Source: Paraspadella gotoi (taxonomy: Eukaryota; Animalia; Chaetognatha). Taken from it: a DNA stretch of 7,025 nt. Positions 1-6,380 of this stretch are shown here, in pieces. Below the pieces are notes generated by a model. It ran no database searches. It was not told the origin of the DNA and worked only from the letters and a program-made list of their open reading frames with translations. Where the stretch lies: assembly GCA_051294375.1 (NCBI GenBank), contig JBJCIZ010000085.1, positions 1 through 7,025 of the forward strand, given 5' to 3'. Both the position numbers and the translations under genes were made by a program. Each line of letters opens with the position of its first letter. Positions within the stretch are counted from its first letter, which is position 1.

Positions 1-192
1 GCTACCCTGATATCCCTTAGGCCTGATATGCCTGCCGACTACACTCTACTCACCTGACGGTGAGGCGGGCGAGTGTTCACTCTTGCTATTTTAGAAGAGT
101 TGGTGGAGTCCTCCTCCTCCTTTAGCCGTCGTGTGGGGCGGAGCTCAGGTCCCAGAGAGAGGGACTGAGTTGCAACAGGAGCGTTGGAGGCA

Positions 193-372
193 TCAGGTAC
201 ATCCGCCGAGGACAGGGGAGTCATTGTGCGGCTGTAGTGGTGTAGGGCGTTCCACCCCTGCTTTAATAAGCAAATCGTAATTTGGAGGGAGATCGAATCG
301 TCCTCCATCATGGTTCAAAGAGGGCTCGAGAGCTTTGATGTAGACCGCCTCTCTAATACCTCTTGAGAACCA
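193..372 (-). pseudogene. C-terminal fragment of a Penelope-type GIY-YIG endonuclease (PLE RT-EN ORF)
   Basis: Reading minus strand from 372 gives WFSRGIREAVYIKALEPSLNHDGGRFDLPPNYDLLIKAGVERPTPLQPHNDSPVLGGCT* (TGA at 195-193). This matches the PLE consensus-like pattern W-F-x-R-G-(V/I)-(K/R)-E-A-(I/V)-Y-I-x5-(S/T)-L-N-(R/H)-D-G-G-R-x2-L-P. The RT domain and the GIY/YIG motifs are absent, so it is a truncated fragment. This frame is not in the supplied ORF track. Confidence 0.85.
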
Positions 373-414
373 GTGCTGATGATTACTCGCAACAAGAGTC
401 GAAACATGTCTGCT
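372..414 (+). ncRNA. Minimal type I hammerhead ribozyme motif (PLE pLTR type), probably degenerate
   Basis: Core CTGATGA (376-382); stem II ACTC(385-388)/GAGT(396-399) with loop GCAACAA; C-GAAA (400-404); palindromic minimal stem III ACATGT (404-409); GTC cleavage triplet (408-410); weak stem I AGTG(372-375)/TGCT(411-414) with two G-U pairs. T384 replaces the G expected to pair with C400. Confidence 0.7.
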
Positions 415-489
415 AATATTTAATGAAATTGTTGTTTTGTCACATAAAAATAAAACTTTCTTTTCTCTACAAAGTAAAAAAAAGTAAAA

Positions 490-676
490 AAGTACATATG
501 ACTTTTGTATTTTTCATTTAAACTTGACGTCAGACGGACATCATTTTTTTTGCATAATTTATCATAATTCGATATTCTGACATGATTTAACTTAATGACC
601 ACCAATATTGTGGGGGTGGACCGATGGACCGACAAAGTGGATTATAGTGTTGGAATCTGCGATAAGCAGAGAAGGC
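490..676 (-). mobile_element. Diverged, internally deleted 5' fragment of the DINE/HINE-like family seen at 2383-5525
   Basis: The reverse complement reads TCTGCTTATCGCAGATTCCAAC..TATAATCCACTTT..CGGTCC..CCCCC..ATCATGTCAGAATATCGAATTATGATAAATTATGCAAAAAAAATGATGTCCGTC. This is colinear with 2390-2563 (TCTGCTTATCAGCAGATCCCGAC..TATAACTCACTTT..ATCATGGTCAAGGAACATCGGAAATTATGATAAATTAATTGCAAAA..TGATGTCCGTC). It then jumps to AGTTTAAATGAAAAATACAAAA, which resembles 2928-2950. Confidence 0.8.
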
Positions 677-1069
677 GGCACATGCTTTTGCCACTGCGCC
701 TATTAGGAATGCTGCCATTCCTGCCACTATCCGAAAGTAGAGAGTTCTGGGGAAATGTGTTGACATTCTGCTTCTTTATCCTACATTTTCATTAATCATG
801 GCGTTTGCAGTCAGAAAACCCGCGCGGTCAAAAATTGGGAATCTTTATGCTTTATCTTGCTTTTCTTCAAAATTTCTCAAAATTTTGTAAAGGAAAGGCA
901 CGACAAAATATGACATGTTACGCAAATAGCATCAATTATAGGAGTTGCTGTTGGATATTCCAGACGTTTTTGATATCGATTAAAAGAGAAACCATTTTTG
1001 TACTGTAAGCACTTGAAGTTAGTCCAATTAGAGCTGGACCTCCCTGTAAAAATCGCTTTTCATTTCTTT

Positions 1070-1092
1070 TCCATGTAAAATCCATGTAAAAT
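1070..1092. repeat. 11-bp tandem duplication (TCCATGTAAAA x2)
   Basis: Read directly: tccatgtaaaa tccatgtaaaa t. Confidence 0.8.
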
Positions 1093-1820
1093 AGGAGCCA
1101 ACGTCGTTCTTAGAGATCGAGAAAGATATTTTCAATGGAGATTTTCGTTCAAATCTGACTACCAAACAATATAAACATTCCTGGGAAAAATTCCGGTAAA
1201 AAATTGATGTAAAAACACTTGATTCCGATCCTGTTGTATCTGAAGGGCTCGCATTTTTTTTCTCTTGTTAAATCATCAACATTTTGATATCAAACAAGCC
1301 AGAATAAATAGACTTCTGGACAAAAAAATTTTCTATCTCTGATTTTATAAAAACGAAAGGGATTTTTTTCCTTGAAAACGTTATAAACATGACTGAGGTA
1401 TGTTCCTGTTCAACAAATTACGTCCAATTTTGGAATCCTTTGGCAAAGTGTCTGAAGGGCTCTCAAAATTTTTCTTAACATTTTATTTGGTTATTTTTAT
1501 ATGATACGATCATGGGAAAGTGAATTAGTCCATTTTGGTGAAATTTTTATTAAAAGTAAAAGTAAAAGAGGAATTCTAAGAGTTTTCAACCGGGAGTCAG
1601 ATTCGGGAAAAATCTTCTATGGCGAAAATCTTCCAAAGAAGGGGTGGATTTTCCGAAGATGGTCGGATTTTTTTGAAACTAAATATTAACAATATTGCCA
1701 TCATTCTACCTTGGCCAGTATAAGGATATATTAAAAAAACCTCTGGCTTTGTTCGTCAGAGCTTAGTCCTATGTAAAAGTATGTTCGGGATGGTTTTGGA
1801 AAATAGAGCTGACTCTTTAA

Positions 1821-2382
1821 AGATAAGGGTAATTATTAAGGCGGTCCAAAATTGAACACTTTTTATAACTTCTAATTCTCTCAAANNNNNNNNNNNNNNN
1901 NNNNNNNNNNAAAATGTCTTTTTCCTTCTATTACTAAATCGATTTTCAATGCAACTTTTGAAATTAGTTTCATTGGGTTGTTGCACTGAAGCTTTTTTTA
2001 AATATTATTATATATAACAAATGATAAAAAAAATTTTTACAAAATTTTTTTTAAGAACGGATTCTTTATAGAGCTTGAAAAGTTTAAATGAAAGTTAGTA
2101 CTACATTTTTTAAAATTTTTGAACAGAAATTGGTTAAAAACAAAAAAACGTTAAAAAATCATCAATCATTATAATCATGGCTGAATTTTTATGGTTTTTT
2201 AAAATTTTTATCAATAAAACAAAAAGATTTTAAAATTTGTATTAATAACCTTTATCTAACTTTAAGCTCTATCAGAATCTATCAATAAAAAATTTAAAAA
2301 TTCAAAAAAAATTTTAACGTTTTATATAAGTAATAAAATAATCTTTAAAGGCTTCCGTGCCGCTTATCAATGAAATAATTTT
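1821..2382. mobile_element. Long imperfect palindromic (foldback/MITE-like) non-autonomous DNA transposon A: left arm, centre and most of right arm; TTAA-flanked, possibly Kolobok-type
   Basis: 1961-2382 is an imperfect palindrome centred on TTA|TAA (2171/2172). Examples: AAATTAGTTTCATTG/CAATGAAATAATTT; GCACTGAAGC/GCTTCCGTGC; GATTCTTTATAGAGCTT/AAGCTCTATCAGAATC. The left end TTAA|AGATAAGGGT (1817-1830) recurs exactly at 6377-6390. The Kolobok assignment rests only on TTAA plus an RR terminus. Confidence 0.65.
2329..2382 (+). repeat. Direct repeat copy 1 (54 bp) immediately 5' of the HINE-like element
   Basis: AGTAATAAAATAATCTTTAAAGGCTTCCGTGCCGCTTATCAATGAAATAATTTT is identical to 5524-5576 except for one extra C. 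Confidence 0.95.
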
Positions 2383-2416
2383 AGTCGTATCTGCTTATCA
2401 GCAGATCCCGACCTCG

Positions 2417-2444
2417 TATAACTCACTTTTTATAACTCACTTTT
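2417..2444. repeat. 14-bp tandem duplication TATAACTCACTTTT x2 in the HINE core
   Basis: Read directly. The diverged copy at 490-676 has only one unit. Confidence 0.85.
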
Positions 2445-2556
2445 TCCGCTCCGTTCCGGTCCGGCCCCCCTCATATTTGTCGGGGCACACACTCATATGA
2501 TCATGGTCAAGGAACATCGGAAATTATGATAAATTAATTGCAAAAAAAAAATTGAT

Positions 2557-2615
2557 GTCCGTCCGTCCGTCTGTCCGTCCGTCCGTCCGTCCGTTCCGTC
2601 CGGTCCGTCCCGTCC
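2557..2615 (+). repeat. (GTCC/GTCT)n microsatellite, hallmark of DINE-1/HINE elements
   Basis: gtccgtccgtccgtctgtccgtccgtccgtccgtccgttccgtccggtccgtcccgtcc. A short degenerate second block lies near 3100-3116. Confidence 0.95.
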
Positions 2616-2633
2616 AACCTTAGCAAAAAACAC

Positions 2634-3640
2634 CTCAATTACTCGTGCATATGGCCATGGATTGCGATTTAAATGGAAATTTTGTGTGTGGATAGGGTAA
2701 GTGTGTGATTTGAGCTGGGATACTAAGTTTCGATGAATCGTCCGCAGTGGAAATGAGTTCCTAAATGGGAAAAAACAAAAAACAATAGTATGTCACTATT
2801 CTGACACCAATTTGCCTCATGACGTGGATGGGCTTGGAATGTGACCTGGAATTTTGTATTGTGCGAGGAAAGTGGTGTGATTGAACAGGAAATTTCAAGT
2901 TTCGATGGAATAGTTTGAGTGGAAATGAGTTTAAATGAAAAAACAAAAAAGCTGTTTTACGTAATTGCATTATGCTTCTTTTTCCTTTTATATTAAATGT
3001 ATCTGCCTAGGCATGTATTAATAAATCAAATATTAATCAGTTAATTAATCAATTAGGTAAATTAAATTTAATCAATAATTAAATTAATTAGTCAATCAAT
3101 CCGTCCATCCGTACCCATTTCTTAGGCAAAAAAGCTCCAATAACTCGTGGCATTGGCTTGGTTGGATTGGAATTAAATTTTGGGTGTGTGGGTAGGGAAA
3201 GTTCGTGAATTAAAGCTGGGATATTAAAAATTTCCGCATGGAATACGTGTGGCGTGGAAATTAGTGTTAATGGAAAAAGAACATTTAAGGTCGAAGTTTA
3301 CTAAGAAATGGCTTTACTTATTTTAACCAATAAATTACTCCAATTAATCATAATTGGATGGCATTAGATTGAGTTGAAAATTTTGTGTGTGGGTTAGGAA
3401 AAACGTATGACGAAGCTTGATATAAAAGTTTCAGTGCGGGAAACGTAACCCAGTGGAAATGGTTTAATGGAAAAATAATTTATGAGTCACATTCTACTGG
3501 CCGGAATCTTTTTATTTATTTCTTAACCCATGATAGATTGAGCATGAAATTTTTGTCGACCCGGCTAGGAAAGTTGTGAGTGAAGAACGCCATAGATATA
3601 CAACAGTTTTGTACGGAATGCAAGTTTGAAAAAATGATGC
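2634..3640 (+). repeat. Five degenerate ~150-200-bp internal repeat units of the HINE
   Basis: The motif order GAAATTTTGTGTGTGG..AGG(G)AAAG..GTGA..AGCTGGGATA..AAGTTTC..GTGGAAATGAG..AATGGAAAAA recurs in units starting near 2634, 2806, 3135, 3338 and 3520. The last unit is the most decayed. Confidence 0.75.
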
Positions 3641-3674
3641 AAGTTGGGAAAAATGATGCAAGTTTTAAAAAAAT
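3618..3674. repeat. 19-bp minisatellite x3 (ATGCAAGTT-NNN-AAAAATG-like)
   Basis: atgcaagtttgaaaaaatg / atgcaagttgggaaaaatg / atgcaagttttaaaaaaat. Confidence 0.85.
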
Positions 3675-3710
3675 CTTAAATAGCATAAGGATTCGTCCGC
3701 TATTGCATAA

Positions 3711-4935
3711 AAGAGAGAGATGAGCGAGAGAAATAAGAGGAGAGCTGAGAGAGAGAGAGAGATTAGTGACGGAGAGAAAGAGAGAGACGTGAGAGAGAGT
3801 GAGAGAGAGAGAGAAGAGACATTAAAATAAAAAAATCTTTAACAAGACTCAAGATCGAGCCAGAGCCCCACTATCATAGAACATTAATGGGAAAAAAAAA
3901 CCGGGAAAAAAACCGAATGAATCATGCGGATAACGAATTGTTTTTGACCTGTACTAGTAATTGATTGAGATAAATACTAATTGAATTACTTGTCAATAGT
4001 TAATTTTATTGCATGTAATAGGAATTGATTTATTCGATTCGCCATGATAATCATTATTTGATGACGATTTGATAAAGTCAGCTTCACTGCTGTGATGATA
4101 GGTCATTCAGTGCATGCCGAATGCATTGTCATTCATTGATGTCGATGATTGTCATTCATTTGATGCGATGATAGGTCAATAAAACAAACAAATGCGCTCG
4201 TATGCAGGTGAAAGACGCAGAGAGAGAGAGAGAGACGAGAAGACGAAGAGAGAGAAGAGAGAGCAGAAGGTATAAGAGAAGAGAAGAGAGAGAGCAAAGA
4301 AAAGACGAGAGAGAGAGAAAGATCGACGAGAGATAGAGAGAGAAAGGAAAGAGAATAAATCCACCGAAAAAACTCTCGCGATGAAAAAATCATGGATTTT
4401 TGCTATTTGAAAAAAAGGCGCGGGAATAAATCGGCAATTATAAAAGTTTTTAGCAAGACAAAATAGATAACATGAATCTTTTCAAAATATATCTAAACGA
4501 TCACGCAAAAAAAAAAATCGAGGCAGATAGTGGTGATCAGAACACACTAGAGAGTACAGAGAGACAGAGAAGGAGAGGAGAAAAGTAGAGAGAGAAGAGC
4601 ATCAAGCCGCTGCGCAGAAGAGAGAAAGAAGAGAATAGAGAAAAGACGGCGATATATAATAATAAAAGAGGAGTAGAGATAGAGAGAAGCTCTACAGCCT
4701 CCCCTGTTTACTCGGTAAAGATTCAGCTGATGATACTGTATGGCGCCCGCAGTTTGAGAGCGGGTGAGCTAGTTCTCTTACCCATAAGGACCCGGGTTCC
4801 GCCCTGTTCGTCGTTAGCGGGCAGCGTTTTACATTAGTGAACCCACATTATATCTAAAATTAATGTTTGAGAAAAAAATGAAAGACGAGATGGGAGAGTA
4901 GAGAGAAGAGGAGTGAGAAAAGAAGCTGGACAGAG
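3711..4935 (+). repeat. Series of degenerate (GA)n purine-rich tracts (~3711-3820, 4220-4355, 4548-4690, 4885-4935)
   Basis: Runs of gaga/agag all lie on the + strand. They generate the spurious Ser/Leu-rich minus-strand ORFs. Confidence 0.85.
4043..4180. repeat. Degenerate ~23-25-bp tandem repeats (GATGAT-(A/T)G(G)TCATTCA-TTGATG-like)
   Basis: atgataatcattatttgatg; gatgataggtcattcag; attgtcattcattgatgtcgatgattgtcattcatttgatgcgatgataggtcaat. Confidence 0.6.
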
Positions 4936-5523
4936 CGCTGCAGAGCCGGAACTCGTTTTTTAGAAGAGCCTCTAGTGATCCGGAGAAAAATGAGATGAGG
5001 TGATGGAGCGAGTCATATAATGTTGAGTGTAACGTTTGTGTTTGTAGATAAAACATAAACAGAAACCAACGATTGATATTGAAACATGAGAATTTTAAAG
5101 ATCTTGAGTGATGAGAAGCCTAATACTGAAAATTCAACTCCCGATCGATATGCAGCACTTGCAAGAGCCAGTGATGCCGAAAAAATGAGCGAAGGACCGA
5201 AAGCTAAACCAAAAAAAAATCTTAGAGCAGGGACGGGCTTTGCCGCGCTGTCCACTGAGAGTAGAGAGATATGTGTGTTTGTTTTGAGAAATGTAAACGA
5301 AAAGGGCGATTTAATAATGCTGTCTCTACTCAAATTTAAGACATCGGATGATGACAGAGCAGAATATAACATTTATAATTAATCTATGGTAATATAGTAG
5401 GTGTAATCTGTAATTAATAATTAATCCTATTAATTCTAATTAATTAATCAATTAATTTAATTAATTTATCGTAGCAGATCCGACGATTGTTGCTCAAATG
5501 TTATAATTAAAATATCTCCTCAT

Positions 5524-5576
5524 AGTAATAAAATAATCTTTAAAGGCTTCCGTGCGCTTATCAATGAAATAATTTT
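5524..5576 (+). repeat. Direct repeat copy 2 (53 bp) immediately 3' of the HINE-like element
   Basis: Identical to 2329-2382 apart from a 1-nt indel (GTGCGC vs GTGCCGC). Confidence 0.95.
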
Positions 5577-5683
5577 TTAAAATTAATTTTATTTTCATAT
5601 TCTCTAACAGTCACTTTACCATTATTTGTTAGAGAGAACTTCTAATTTTCAACCTGTTCAGGCCTAGTAATTATGTATATACT
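5577..5683. mobile_element. Probable decayed remainder of the right arm of palindromic element A
   Basis: GAGAGAA (5632-5638), TGTTCA (5655-5660) and TAGTAATTA (5665-5673) mirror TTCTCTC (1876-1882), TGAACA (1853-1858) and TAATTATTA (1830-1838) in the expected inverted order. Overall similarity is weak. Confidence 0.4.
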
Positions 5684-6054
5684 CTCTTTTCGTTGTTTTT
5701 GTGGTATTAGGAGAAAAACAGTTTTTTTTTAACAACGATTTATTTGACATAGTTTAGTCAGACATGTNNNNNNNNNNNNNNNNNNNNNNNNNNNNNNNNN
5801 NNNNNNNNNNNNNNNNNNNNNNNNNNNNNNNNNNNNNNNNNNNNNNNNNNNNNNNNNNNNNNNNNNNNNNNNNNNNNNNNNNNNNNNNNNNNNNNNNNNN
5901 NNNNNNNNNNNNNNNNNNNNNNNNNNNNNNNNNNNNNNNNNNNNNNNNNNNNNNNNNNNNNNNNNNNNNNNNNNNNNNNNNNNNNNNNNNNNNNNNNNNN
6001 NNNNNNNNNNNNNNNNNNNNNNNNNNNNNNNNNNNNNNNNNNNNNNNNNNNNNN

Positions 6055-6127
6055 ATTGAGGGAGAGTTTCCAACAAAGAATAAGGTAAGGGACAATGGTC
6101 AGATGTTGTTGGAAACTCTCCCTCAAT
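6055..6127. repeat. Perfect 22-bp inverted repeat with 29-nt spacer
   Basis: ATTGAGGGAGAGTTTCCAACAA (6055-6076) / TTGTTGGAAACTCTCCCTCAAT (6106-6127). The left arm runs into the N gap, so it may be longer. Confidence 0.95.
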
Positions 6128-6130
6128 TTT

Positions 6131-6154
6131 TCTCTCTATCTCTCTCTCTCTCTC
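6131..6154. repeat. (TC)n microsatellite
   Basis: tctctctatctctctctctctctc. Confidence 0.9.
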
Positions 6155-6380
6155 AAAAACTTACTTCAACAGAGACTANNNNNNNNNNNNNNNNNNNNNN
6201 NNNNNNNNNNNNNNNNNNNNNNNNNNNNNNNNNNNNNNNNNNNNNNNNNNNNNNNNNNNNNNNNNNNNNNNNNNNNNNNNNNNNNNNNNNNNNNNNNNNN
6301 NNNNNNNNNNNNNNNNNNNNNNNNNNNNNNNNNNNNATGTCAAATAAATCGTTGTTAAACAAAAACTGTTTTTCTCTTAA

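Larger units (their letters stand above)
1..414 (-). mobile_element. Penelope-like retroelement (PLE) remnant: 3' end of the ORF and downstream region on the minus strand, 5'-truncated and capped by an inverted hammerhead-bearing segment; probably continues left of the window
   Basis: The block is richer in GC than the AT-rich flank. Manual minus-strand translation gives a GIY-YIG endonuclease C-terminal motif typical of metazoan PLEs. A hammerhead motif of PLE pLTR type lies at 372-414. Family assignment is from recalled motif knowledge, not a database search. Confidence 0.8.
2383..5525 (+). mobile_element. Non-autonomous Helentron-associated (DINE-1/HINE-like) rolling-circle element, ~3.1 kb
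   Basis: It starts after a T-run. The 5' subTIR GTCGTATCTGCT (2384-2395) is followed by an adjacent partial inverted copy AGCAGATCCCGAC (2400-2412), forming a hairpin. A core of ~145 bp leads to the (GTCY)n microsatellite (2557-2615), then internal tandem repeats. The 3' subTIR AGCAGATCCGAC (5473-5484) matches 11/12. A degenerate 3' stem-loop ATTGTTGC-TCAAAT-GTTATAAT follows (5486-5507). This is the known DINE-1/HINE architecture. No Rep/helicase coding sequence was recognised. The exact 3' end (5523-5525) is uncertain. Confidence 0.8.
5711..6376. mobile_element. Non-autonomous TIR (MITE/foldback-like) element, mostly in N gaps
   Basis: GAGAAAAACAGTTTTTTTTTAACAACGATTTATTTGACAT (5711-5750) matches the reverse complement of 6337-6376 at 39/40, limited by the N gap. 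Flanks are TTAG (5707-5710) and TTAA (6377-6380). A perfect internal 22-bp inverted repeat lies at 6055-6076/6106-6127. Confidence 0.8.

Noticed and set aside
39-311. Listed 90-aa minus-strand ORF as a gene
   Set aside because: It overlaps the recognisable PLE endonuclease fragment in a different frame and has no recognisable domain of its own.
420-2970. Short ORFs at 420-635, 595-795, 805-1008, 1501-1689, 1756-1986 and 2761-2970
   Set aside because: All are under 80 aa, biased toward AT-rich codons, mostly overlap identified non-coding repeats, and show no recognisable motifs.
2634-3674. CRISPR-like array
   Set aside because: The units are long and degenerate without identical repeats and unique spacers. 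The context is eukaryotic and no cas genes are present.
4727-4770. Second hammerhead (CTGATGA plus stem ACTGT/GCAGT)
   Set aside because: It has GAGA instead of GAAA with wrong spacing, no NUH triplet and no stem I.
4741-4822. tRNA gene on the minus strand (GCCCGC...GCGGGC-G-CCA)
   Set aside because: There is an acceptor-like stem, but no TTC T-loop, no proper D or anticodon arms, and eukaryotic tRNA genes do not normally encode CCA.
4133-5056. Ser/Leu/Phe-rich minus-strand ORFs that look like membrane proteins (4133-4393, 4176-4364, 4829-5056)
   Set aside because: They are translation artefacts of (TC)n/(GA)n low-complexity tracts.
5013-5382. Overlapping 119-aa (-) and 98-aa (+) ORFs inside the HINE
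   Set aside because: I recognise no Rep (HUH), PIF1 helicase, endonuclease or other motif, and the lengths are compatible with chance. A BLASTx search would be needed to exclude a captured exon.
2329-5576. LTR retrotransposon or TRIM with 53-bp LTRs
   Set aside because: There are no TG..CA ends, PBS or short TSD. The direct repeat is part of the flanking palindrome arm, and the interior has DINE/HINE hallmarks.
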